Below, piece by piece: positions 1 through 8,944 of a stretch of DNA of 64,000 nucleotides. The notes beneath the pieces were generated by a model, which made no database searches, was not told the DNA's origin, and was given only the letters and a program-made list of their open reading frames with translations. The translations under genes were made by a program, and so were the position numbers. This DNA comes from Ruminococcaceae bacterium UBA3753. Its GTDB lineage: Bacteria > Bacillota > Clostridia > Oscillospirales > Acutalibacteraceae. The DNA lies in contig DFGJ01000021.1 in assembly GCA_002372375.1 (NCBI GenBank), positions 62,394 to 126,393 on the forward strand, given 5' to 3'. Numbering within the stretch: position 1 is the stretch's first letter; the number at the start of each line of letters is the position of its first letter.

Positions 1-26
1 TGATGTATACTAAACCATATAAAAGT

Positions 27-758
27 TCATTTTTTTGATTCCAAAAACTTTTTGACTCCGTCAAAAATGCAATTCGCTATACTGTTTTGATATTCATCTG
101 TTAATAATTTCTTTGACTCCTCCTCGTTAGATATAAATCCGCACTCCACTATGATGGCAGGTATATCGGCGTTTCTTAGTAGATATATATCTTTACCTGC
201 TTTTTTGTTTTCTCTTTTATTGTCTGGCTGTAAAGTTTTTATGACAGATTCTTTTACAAAATTTGCTAAAAGTTCGCTGTCTTTATTATTTGAAGAATAA
301 AAAATCTGCGTTCCGCTGTACTGGGGGTCAGTGAACTTATTTTGATGTATACTTATTAGAATATTTTTGTCACTAGAATTTGCTATATTGGCCCTGCTTT
401 TTAGGTCGTCTACTTTTTTTTGTCGTAAAGTTTTATTTTTTCCAGGTTCTTGTTTATATATCGCTTTATCTTCAGTCCTTGTCATAACCGCACTGAACCC
501 TGATTTAATAAAAATATCATTTAGCTTTTTAGCTATTTTTAGATTAATGTCTTTCTCTAATATGTCATTGACTCCTACTGCTCCGCCATCTTCTCCACCG
601 TGACCTGCATCTATTACTATAGTTTTATCGCCGAATTTTGCGACAGCATTTACTCTTTTTGACATATTGCAAAAAAAGTTACCTAGTAGCAATGCTGTAA
701 GAAAAAAAAGAACTAAAGTTACAAAATAGAATAAATTATTTTTTAGTTTATTTATCAC
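27..758 (-). CDS. cwlD: N-acetylmuramoyl-L-alanine amidase, germination-specific CwlD-like
   Basis: 243-aa ORF with a single N-terminal hydrophobic anchor. It has the Amidase_3 motifs VIDAGHGGEDGGAVG, ISIHQN and ECGFISN, and is colinear with Bacillus CwlD as I remember it. It ends on TGA. Confidence 0.8.
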   Translation of the reverse strand: MINKLKNNLFYFVTLVLFFLTALLLGNFFCNMSKRVNAVAKFGDKTIVIDAGHGGEDGGAVGVNDILEKDINLKIAKKLNDIFIKSGFSAVMTRTEDKAIYKQEPGKNKTLRQKKVDDLKSRANIANSSDKNILISIHQNKFTDPQYSGTQIFYSSNNKDSELLANFVKESVIKTLQPDNKRENKKAGKDIYLLRNADIPAIIVECGFISNEEESKKLLTDEYQNSIANCIFDGVKKFLESKK

Positions 759-1464
759 AATAAAGTTTTCCGTAATCTAGTTGTATAGTTTTATATGTAT
801 GCCTTAAAATTAAAATATAGTACAAAAATAGCATTACAAAAATTAAGTGCTTAGGTTTAGATAATCGTGTAAAAAATATACAGTCTTTATGAATTATACT
901 CAAATTAATTAATTCCAATTTTACTTAAGTTCTTAAGAAATTTCGGGAATAGTTGAAGATGATTTCTAAAGTAAAATTTGTAAGGTAAAATACAAGTATA
1001 TTTATATAATATACTTAATGAAAAAAGTAAGCTATTATGTGATAGCATAGGATTTTTGAAAGAATACTTAAGAAATTGCAAATTTAAAAAGCTGTATTTG
1101 TAGTTTTAGGTCAACTGGTGTTAGTTTTAAAAAGCATGATTAGAGATTGAGGATAGGTGGAAAATTAATTAAAAATAAGAAAATTTGAAATTTTTCCGAA
1201 ATAGGACTAAAAAAATAATGGAGCAAGGCTCGTACAGATAAGAAAATTAAATATTTAAAACCATGGAAAAACGTCGTCTTACTTGGAAGTTTACTTGCAA
1301 GTATAATGGGATTAAACTTTTTTACAATTTACTTCATGCAATCATATAGAGACTTATTTTTATTGCATTAAAAATTACTAATATATAGAATCTTGATTAG
1401 TAAAAACGCTTTGTAGTATAAAATATTGAGCTGCAAGTTTTTAGGTGGAGTAACATCGTTAAGT

Positions 1465-1818
1465 ATGTTTGAGTATAAAAAGATAAGGGCACAAGAGGAT
1501 CTGAAAGCTCAAATTGCCCTTGCTATAAGGAAAGTTAAAGATTCACGGGTCAGAGACTCACTTGTAAATATAGTAAAATTAGAGTGCTCAAATAAGCTCG
1601 CTTCGATTAGGGTCTATGTAAGTACTGTACTAGGACTGAAAATAGCCAGAAGAGCAGCTGAGGGTCTAAATTCAGCAACTGGATTTATAAAGCAAGAGCT
1701 AGGCAAAAATTTGAGAATGAGATATATGCCCTGTATTACCTTTATAGCTACAGATTCAATTGAGTATGGAACAAAAATTTCTAAAAAAATAAGTGAACTT
1801 AGAGGAGTTACCGGCTGA
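1465..1818 (+). CDS. rbfA: ribosome-binding factor A
   Basis: The track ORF is 1426..1818. I prefer the ATG at 1465 (MFEYKKIRAQEDLKAQIA...), which gives a typical ~117-aa RbfA. The ASIRVYVS core is present. Its TGA stop abuts the ATG of the next gene. Confidence 0.8.
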   Translation: MFEYKKIRAQEDLKAQIALAIRKVKDSRVRDSLVNIVKLECSNKLASIRVYVSTVLGLKIARRAAEGLNSATGFIKQELGKNLRMRYMPCITFIATDSIEYGTKISKKISELRGVTG

Positions 1819-2778
1819 ATGGATGCGTCTTTAGGACAGATATCAACCCTTTTAAAGGAAAACGATAATTTTTATATCTTAACTCATCAGTATCCGGATG
1901 GAGATACTTTGGGCTCCGGGTTTGCTCTTTGTCGTGCACTGCAAAAAATTGGGAAAAAGTCAAAAGTAATTAACAATTCTGCTATACCAAGTAAATACAC
2001 TTTCTTAAGGGATGGGGTAAGGGAGGAAGGGTTTAAACCAGGTTTCGTTATATCGGTAGATGTGGCTGATGAGTCCTTGCTTGGACCAAATTTAAAAGAG
2101 TATGTCGGCAAAGTTGATGTTTGTATAGATCACCACAAGATAAACAAGGATTTTGCTAAATACAAATATGTAGACTGCACAGCTGCTGCGACAACACAGA
2201 TAATATACGATCTTTTGCAAAAGATGGAACTAAAGATAGACAAGTTAATTGCAAACAGTATATACACTGGTTTAGCGACCGACACTGGATGTTTTAAATA
2301 TCAAAATACTACGTCTAGGACCCATATAATAGCCGCTAGAATGTTGGATCTTGGAGCAGATTTTGCAGCAATAAATAAAACAATGTTTGATCTTAAAACT
2401 AAAAAACAATTTATAGCGGAGCGCTATATTGCCGATTCTATGGATTTTTACTTAGAAGGTAAGTTGGCAATAATTTACGTCACGCTCGATATACTCGAAA
2501 AGTCAGGTGTAGACGACTCTGTAATTGACGGGATAGCCGGTATGCCAAAGCAAATAGCGGGTGTACTAATAGGTGCAACTTTTAGACAAAAAAAGGAAGA
2601 AGAGTTTAAGATTTCCGTCAGAACAGAGCCAGGTGTAGACGCTTCTCTTTTGTGTAGGCACTTTGGCGGTGGAGGACACGCTAGTGCTGCTGGTTGTGTT
2701 TTAAAAGGCAGTTTAGAAAAAGTGAAGATGTCGTTTGTTGATTATGTAAAAGAATTTCTTACTAAGCTAAATCTTTGA
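1819..2778 (+). CDS. nrnA: DHH/DHHA1 phosphoesterase, NrnA-like oligoribonuclease/pAp phosphatase
   Basis: 319 aa with the DHH-family motifs HQYPDGDTLGS, DHH at CIDHHK, and GGGGHASAAG (DHHA1). rbfA-nrnA adjacency is common in Firmicutes. Confidence 0.85.
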   Translation: MDASLGQISTLLKENDNFYILTHQYPDGDTLGSGFALCRALQKIGKKSKVINNSAIPSKYTFLRDGVREEGFKPGFVISVDVADESLLGPNLKEYVGKVDVCIDHHKINKDFAKYKYVDCTAAATTQIIYDLLQKMELKIDKLIANSIYTGLATDTGCFKYQNTTSRTHIIAARMLDLGADFAAINKTMFDLKTKKQFIAERYIADSMDFYLEGKLAIIYVTLDILEKSGVDDSVIDGIAGMPKQIAGVLIGATFRQKKEEEFKISVRTEPGVDASLLCRHFGGGGHASAAGCVLKGSLEKVKMSFVDYVKEFLTKLNL

Positions 2779-3293
2779 TATATTTTTATGAGTGTAGTCA
2801 ACTTATTGAATGTTTCATGTCTTTTTAGCTTTTGTAACAAAGTACTTGAGTTTTTAAATGTGATAGTCTCCAAATTTTTAATGTTGTTGTTTTATGTCCG
2901 TTTATAAGAAGCTAGTGCTAAGAAGGTTTTGAGATTTGAAAGTTTTTAACAAATTGTATGTAAAGTTGAGGGTATGTATTTAGTTAGTTTAAAATAACAG
3001 GTAAACTAAGAATATTTAAGTAGATGTTTGGAACAACTGCCCTGATATGGCATATTTTTTAATTAGATATTTTCGCTTCAAATATAAGATGATTTGATAA
3101 CTGTGTACGTAGTTCTTGTAATTTTGTTTTTTGTGCGTTTAAGGTAAGAACTGTTTTTGAATGTTTTTTCTCTGTAAACATTCCGCGATTTTATCTTATA
3201 GCTTTTTGCCTCGTCAGTTGTTTTCTGATATTATAAAAAGTAAATAGTTTTGTGCTATTTAATAGTAATTTTTTTAGCAAATAGCTGTAAATA

Positions 3294-4331
3294 GTGCTCG
3301 GCCTTTGTGTAGTTCTAAGTACAAAAACTGATTTTAAAGGTGATGAAGTGGGTTTTTTGTCATTTAATGAAAAATATTATAATCAAAGATTAAACGAACT
3401 CGAAAATAAAGCGCTCACTTCTAGTGACATTTATGAAACAAAGCAGCTTTTGAAAGTCCTTGAAGATCTTTACGATGAAGGCTACACAAATTTAAATAAT
3501 CATATGGAAAATAAATTTTCCTGTTTAACAAGGTTACGCAACCTTCTAAAAAGGTTTGGAACTTCACCTTTCCCTATTATTCGAAGAGAGATTCCGCAAA
3601 TTAATTACTCAGCAAAAAGCTATGCACTCGATAGCGTAATAGATAAGCTTATTGCGAGTGCCAAAAAAATTGATGCCAGTTCCATAAATTCCTTTTTGGT
3701 TAGTATTTACCAATACAGTGAGTGGATTGGATACGAAGAAGGAACAGCATATATTTTCCTTCTAAGGGATACTTTGTTACCCTATATATTTTTCAGGAAT
3801 AAAAACAGAAGAAGTATTCATGCGTGGCTGATCAATCGTAACTTTCTTAAAGACATAACAAGAATCAACGAAATAGACGACAACTTTAGACTGCCCATCT
3901 ATGAAGCACTGGAGTCAGGAAAGGTATCGTTTGATACTTTTTGTAGCTTTTGCAGGGTCAGGACTCTATCTACCTTAAATACACACAAGAAATTGAAAGA
4001 TGTGCTTGCCAATTTATTGAACTCAATAAGTGAAGAACGAATCGTTGTTGTTGAATCAGGATACGCTGGCACAATTCCTATTACTCTGAAAGCCCTGGAT
4101 AATAGGGTCGATTTTAGGATGTACACAACTGCACCTTTCCTTTATGAAACTTACAAAGACCGAATTTTTTGTCAAAAATACGAAGATGTCCGAAAGTTTG
4201 AAACACTTATTTCGCAGGATGTACTACTAAAATATTCTTCGTATATTAACGGCAAATTTTATGTCAACATAACAAATAATGATGCCGTCTTCAACGAATC
4301 TTTAAAAGAAATAAAGTTATTTTTAAGCTGA
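3294..4331 (+). CDS. hypothetical protein with no family recognised
   Basis: Long open frame of 345 codons in AT-rich DNA with coding-like amino-acid composition. A likelier start is the GTG at 3348, preceded by AGGTGA. I recognise no motif. Confidence 0.5.
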   Translation: MLGLCVVLSTKTDFKGDEVGFLSFNEKYYNQRLNELENKALTSSDIYETKQLLKVLEDLYDEGYTNLNNHMENKFSCLTRLRNLLKRFGTSPFPIIRREIPQINYSAKSYALDSVIDKLIASAKKIDASSINSFLVSIYQYSEWIGYEEGTAYIFLLRDTLLPYIFFRNKNRRSIHAWLINRNFLKDITRINEIDDNFRLPIYEALESGKVSFDTFCSFCRVRTLSTLNTHKKLKDVLANLLNSISEERIVVVESGYAGTIPITLKALDNRVDFRMYTTAPFLYETYKDRIFCQKYEDVRKFETLISQDVLLKYSSYINGKFYVNITNNDAVFNESLKEIKLFLS

Positions 4332-5007
4332 AAGATTGAAATTTCGCCATTTCCTAAGTCAGATTTTCTTTATTAAAAATGAGCACTTTTTTAACTAATG
4401 TTGAAAATAAGTCTTACTGTAGAGCAATTTTAATGGTGTTTGCTAAAACAAACACGAAAGCAAAGGGGCTAAACTATAGTAGAGACCGGTTGTTTAAACT
4501 ACTCTGTGTGTTTATGTTTCTTATTTTTTCGATTATACTCAGAATGTCATAGTAGGGTGAACAACGAATTATAAGATATTTCGATAGTAATACATACTAT
4601 TATTGTGTAATACAACAAGCCAACCAGACGGAGTTAAAATCTAAGAAAAAACTGTTATTTAGGACAAGTGCATTGCTTTACCAACGAAAAACACTACTTT
4701 CCTAAAATAGATAGAATGATCCCAGTGTAATTTATTCGCTAAAAGTCTTTAATATTCTAGTTTCCAATGTCTTCTACGATATAAAAAAACTATAACAAAC
4801 GATTTTAGTACAAAAGCTCTCTAGTTATTTGGCAATAATGTTCTAAGATGTACGTTTTCGTTATTTTTATTTTTATATTTCACCTTTTTAGACATTTATT
4901 AGTTATTTTTTATGATATTATCTCATATTAAGCTTACAAAATTTATATAAATTTATTTGCAATTTAATTCTCATTGCTTGGTCCAGCCATATAAAGTTTT
5001 TTAGATG

Positions 5008-5694
5008 TTAATTCTTTTTAAATTTTCTACGCAAAATAGTGACAGCTTTCTTTTCTATGCGGGAAACATACGACCTGGATATGTCTAGCTTCTTTGCGAT
5101 CTCACGTTGAGTGTACACTTTTTCACCATTTAGTCCGTATCTTAAATTTATTATTGTCTGCTCTCTTGGTGTTAAATTTTCTTTTATATAGCCGTTTAAT
5201 TTCTCTGCTTTAATTTTTATATCTATGTTGTCTGTAATGTCTTCATTAGTAGACATTATGTCCATTAGAATTAAAGTATTGCCATTTTTATCAGTATCTA
5301 TAGGCTCATTTATAGAAACATCTTTTTCGCTTTTCTTGCTATTTCTGAAAAACATCAAAACTTCATTTTCTATGCATCGTGCTGCATAACTCGATAGTCT
5401 TATTCCCTTCTCTAAGTTAAAAGTGTCAATAGCTTTTATTAACCCTATTGTGCCAACCGATACAATGTCATCTTGGCTACTGTATGTAAAATAGTATTTT
5501 TTTGCTATGTGTGCTACCAATCTTAAATTGTGTTCTATAAGTTTATGACGCGCTGCGCTGTCGCCCGATTTCATTCTAATTAAGCAATTTTTTTCATCTT
5601 TAGCCGAAAGTGGCTGCGGAAACGCATTCGGACCATTTACATGCAATATGAAAAAAATCACATCTTTTAGTATAGAGCATAAAAAGCTTATCAT
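5008..5694 (-). CDS. sigK: RNA polymerase sporulation sigma factor SigK (pro-sigma-K), uninterrupted
   Basis: Hydrophobic pro-sequence followed by NAFPQPLS, then HNLRLVAHIAKKY, GTIGLIKAIDTF, ARCIENE and a region 4 HTH (QREIAKKLDISRSYVSRIEKKA). An AGGTG RBS lies 4 nt upstream of the ATG. Confidence 0.85.
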   Translation of the reverse strand: MISFLCSILKDVIFFILHVNGPNAFPQPLSAKDEKNCLIRMKSGDSAARHKLIEHNLRLVAHIAKKYYFTYSSQDDIVSVGTIGLIKAIDTFNLEKGIRLSSYAARCIENEVLMFFRNSKKSEKDVSINEPIDTDKNGNTLILMDIMSTNEDITDNIDIKIKAEKLNGYIKENLTPREQTIINLRYGLNGEKVYTQREIAKKLDISRSYVSRIEKKAVTILRRKFKKN

Positions 5695-6185
5695 ATAGCA
5701 CCTGTCGTCCTTTTTTTACATTGTATGAGAGTTAGAGGAACATGTTACATTTTAACTTTTTATGCAATTCGGATATTTACCTTAAGCATCAACAAATATT
5801 TAACACAAATATGTAAAATATTTATCAAAAACTTTCTGTTGATTACAAGTATTGGCAAACGTTTTTCGTCCTGCAAGACATTTATGTTGTTGCAATGTTA
5901 AAAAATATACAAATAGTTTTATTTGTGTGATGAAAATATGACACAGCATTCAACCAAGTAGGATTAGAGCTGGAAAGAAGTTTCAGAAACAAAAATTAAA
6001 AAATAGTCAAAACTTAAAAAATGGCTGTAAATTATTTAAGTTAGCGCAACATAATTTGTTAAACAAGGATAAAACTTTTTGCAGTTATCTAGATTTTTGG
6101 CACTCCAATGTGATGGTAACAAAAATCAAATTCGCACAAAGAAGCACGAAACTGATCTAAAGAATTATCAAATACAATTCTAACA

Positions 6186-6626
6186 CTAGGGCTCCGTATC
6201 AAAAGATACATTCCGCACTAAAAGGCTTGGCTGCTCTAAACGTTTATTATTTAAATCAACATGGTCTATTTTTTCTCCAGCACTACCTTCACAAAGACTG
6301 TCTCCTAGCCTTTCGTCTTTAATTTTAAAACCATTTTTCGCACTAGTCAACGTAATAGTAGTTGGAAGAATATCATTTAAAACTTTAAGTGATTTGTCAC
6401 AAAAATCTAAGAAATTCATATCTTCTTCTGAATATCACAATCTAATTAGTTCCATCTCGGAATCTGGTGAAACTTCGATCTTATTATCGTTTATATACGT
6501 AATTTTATTGAGAATTGATTCTAGCAACACTTTCAGAGTGATAGTATTAGTGTTCAATGCAATTTGCCGAAAAAACTGCTCGGGAGTTAGAGCTTTACAC
6601 TGATCTATCTTGAAAACGGAAATGTT
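6186..6626 (-). pseudogene. gene relic: open frame bounded upstream by TAG, with an internal in-frame TGA and no credible start
   Basis: The 77-aa track ORF (6186..6419) continues upstream in the same frame across a TGA at 6435..6437. That part reads ...KALTPEQFFRQIALNTNTITLKVLLESILNKITYINDNKIEVSPDSEMELIRL-stop-YSEEDMNFLDF... A TAG lies at 6627..6629 and there is no ATG near the 5' end. Confidence 0.3.
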
Positions 6627-6953
6627 CTAATTAACAATCACACCGTATATCAAGGTGATGGCTCCAAATATCTACATTAAATCCCTGGACTTTGGGACTT
6701 CTTGCCTTCCTTGATTATTTACATTTTGTTACTTAGGACTTTGCTCTTGCACCTCACTGTCCTTCCTAGTTTCAAGGAGGAAAGAATACTTTAGATATAT
6801 CGTTTTATTTGTTTAGCAAATTTAAAAGTCTTGCAGTTTACTTGAAAAATCAGGAAAAACACCTTGCATTTTTGTTGCGAAGAAAGTTATAAAGCTTGCT
6901 TGTACTCATAAAAAATATGATAGATCGGATCTTTTGTTTTTAAATTGAGTTAG

Positions 6954-6979
6954 AAAAAAGAGCGGACGAGTGCCCGCCC
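6954..6979 (-). terminator. rho-independent terminator
   Basis: On the minus strand: GGGCGGGC-ACUC-GUCCGCUC, an 8-bp stem with two G-U pairs and a 4-nt loop, followed by UUUUUU. It begins 9 nt after the TAG stop at 6988..6990. Confidence 0.7.
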
Positions 6980-6987
6980 TTTTACAA

Positions 6988-7191
6988 CTACTTTTTCTTT
7001 TTTTTAATAAATTGTGCCTCCTTGAGACCTATCTGGAGTCCTTGCTCCAGACCAAGTCGATAAAATTTATTCTTAGCTCTGTGATAAATACCGTCAGTCA
7101 TCATAGCTTCAGACTCATTAAGTCCCCCTGCTATCTCATCCCCTGAATCATCATCATAAACTTTCCAGGTGCCATCCCCCATTTGCACCAT
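6988..7191 (-). CDS. small acidic/basic protein (67 codons); possibly the downstream part of a frameshifted gene
   Basis: An open frame that ends immediately before a good terminator. Its own ATG sits inside a G5A4 run with poor RBS spacing. See the finding on 6988-7247. Confidence 0.45.
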   Translation of the reverse strand: MVQMGDGTWKVYDDDSGDEIAGGLNESEAMMTDGIYHRAKNKFYRLGLEQGLQIGLKEAQFIKKKKK

Positions 7192-7247
7192 TTTCCCCCG
7201 ACAGCATTACTTAAATCAGCTTCTGATATGCTATTAGTTAACACCAT
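7131..7247 (-). CDS. 38-codon ORF with a double-glycine-type leader (MVLTNSISEADLSNAVGG / KWCKWGMAPGKFMMMIQGMR)
   Basis: A GAGGTG RBS lies 7 nt upstream of the ATG at 7247. The leader-like ...EADLSNAVGG resembles the LSxxELxxIxGG class of leaders. The ORF overlaps the 67-codon ORF in the -1 frame. Confidence 0.3.
   Translation of the reverse strand: MVLTNSISEADLSNAVGGKWCKWGMAPGKFMMMIQGMR
7191..7197 (-). promoter_or_regulatory. candidate -1 ribosomal frameshift heptamer G_GGA_AAA
   Basis: In the leader frame the codons are GGG GGA AAA TGG, which fits the X_XXY_YYZ pattern. A -1 slip lands exactly on the ATG GTG CAA... frame of ORF 6988..7191. A GGUGC/GCACC hairpin follows, but only 1 nt downstream, which is shorter than usual. 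Confidence 0.25.
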
Positions 7248-7601
7248 AACCACACACCTCAAAAAATAATTTTCTTCAGTCTTAGACTTAAGATGTTTAA
7301 ATTGCAAATTATTTCAAGTAAAATGTTAATACTTTTATTTTTAAAAAACAAAATCATAAAAAGTCCCATACTTTAACTATTTAGCTAGCAAATAATACTT
7401 ATATGTCATTAACAATCATCCTGTATCTTTATTAAAATAAAAATTGTAGTTTTTAAAATAAATACTAAATAAATATGTCTAACTTGATATTTTAAGGCCT
7501 TACAAAAAATTAAAGACAGAAATTTTCATCATACTGTTGTACAAATTTTAAATTAGAAATTAGCACAACTTTTATTTGTGAATTGGCGAATTTTTAATTT
7601 T

Positions 7602-7982
7602 TTAAAGTATATTTTCTAAGTAAGGCTCCTCCGTTTCTTCTAAACCTTTTATTCTAACCAGAATACTTTTACAAATAGCCAGACTTTGTGAAAATTCGTT
7701 GCTCGCCAAATTGGACTTGAGTTCAGCAAAACTTACATCTATTTCTTCTAAATGACTGTGATCTATAAACCATTTTAATATTTTTTCACTTTTTTCCCAC
7801 TTATTATTGGCAGTATTTATTTCTCTATAGGCAAAGTCTGTTTTTTCTTCAGCTAAAAATTCTAATGCAGAGTCCAAATTTTTTGTAATTTCACTAGTTG
7901 TGTTTTTTAAAAAGAATAAGCTTAGAATACACAAAAAAACAGTAACAGTGAAAATAACCACGGCACATACTGTACGGAACAA
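7602..7982 (-). CDS. DUF4363-like small membrane-anchored protein
   Basis: 126 aa with an N-terminal TM helix and then a helical domain. It lies immediately downstream of a DUF421 gene, a pairing I recall as common in Clostridia. Confidence 0.55.
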   Translation of the reverse strand: MFRTVCAVVIFTVTVFLCILSLFFLKNTTSEITKNLDSALEFLAEEKTDFAYREINTANNKWEKSEKILKWFIDHSHLEEIDVSFAELKSNLASNEFSQSLAICKSILVRIKGLEETEEPYLENIL

Positions 7983-7988
7983 ATCCTT

Positions 7989-8675
7989 TTACATCTCCTT
8001 TTTTATTATGTTGAATTCTTTTTTTGCATTAGCTGTCATAATGAATATATCTTTAAGACACACTTTTTGTTGACATAATGTATCGTCTAGCCATTCTTCA
8101 CTCAATTTACAGACTTTCATACTATCCTTGGCTATTACACCGTCCCTAACAACCACTAGCTCTATTCCGGAATCTTGAGTCTGTATTTTTAACATAGAAG
8201 CATCTGGCTGCTGTTTTTCCGCTTTTTTTATTACACTCAGATTTCCACTTGTCTCGATAATTGCATATTTTACATCCTGGATGCTAGCAACTTCTAATTG
8301 TCTTAGCTGTTCTTCAAGGTCTTCAATACTTATGCGAAGTTCTTTCATCTTTTTTTGGTCTAACTTGCCATCATTTATTAAAAATGCCGGGCTTCCACAA
8401 ACAAATTTATGGAATTTAGCGCTTTTCAACATAATTAAGGATATTATAATCTCAAAGGACATAAGTATAGCAATAGGCACAAGACCGCTGAAGAGTGTAA
8501 TATTACTATTTTGCATCGGGATGGTTGCTATATTAGATATCAGTAAAGTTACAACCAGCTCAGACGTCTGCAATTCACTAATCTGTCGTTTACCCATCAA
8601 CCTTAAGGCTATGGCTACAATAATATAGAGGATCAGAGTGCGAATGACAGAGACAGTCATAAAAAATATCACCAA
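7989..8675 (-). CDS. DUF421 (YetF-like) membrane protein
   Basis: 228 aa. It has three N-terminal TM segments containing MGKRQISELQTSELVVTLLISNIA, then a soluble C-terminal domain. This is the typical DUF421 layout. Confidence 0.7.
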   Translation of the reverse strand: MVIFFMTVSVIRTLILYIIVAIALRLMGKRQISELQTSELVVTLLISNIATIPMQNSNITLFSGLVPIAILMSFEIIISLIMLKSAKFHKFVCGSPAFLINDGKLDQKKMKELRISIEDLEEQLRQLEVASIQDVKYAIIETSGNLSVIKKAEKQQPDASMLKIQTQDSGIELVVVRDGVIAKDSMKVCKLSEEWLDDTLCQQKVCLKDIFIMTANAKKEFNIIKKEM

Positions 8676-8944
8676 ATGTATTATTTCTTTAAAATCGATT
8701 TTTTATTCTCTATTTGCCTTGCTTTGTTTAGGTATCTATTCCATATATTCCTAACTGTCTTCTCGATTATCAATGTTTATTGTGAATCTAAATATTTAAA
8801 GGGTGTGATTAAAATGAGAACCGATAATTATCTTTTTTCTTTCCTTTATCTAAGAAGCAACAGTAGTTTTGTGAGACTAAAAACATAAAAGTGAGTTATA
8901 ATATGCCAGATTAAATTTGTTTTTGTGTTAAAAAGGACTTTGTT

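Noticed and set aside
5008-5694. A skin-like element interrupting sigK.
   Set aside because: The ORF is full length, running from the pro-sequence through region 4 in one frame.
8676-8944. An SRP (4.5S/scRNA) gene, often found just upstream of dnaX in Firmicutes.
   Set aside because: The interval is AT-rich and I could not find the conserved GGUGCUGUUU...AGCAGG...GGAAGCAGCC domain IV signature.
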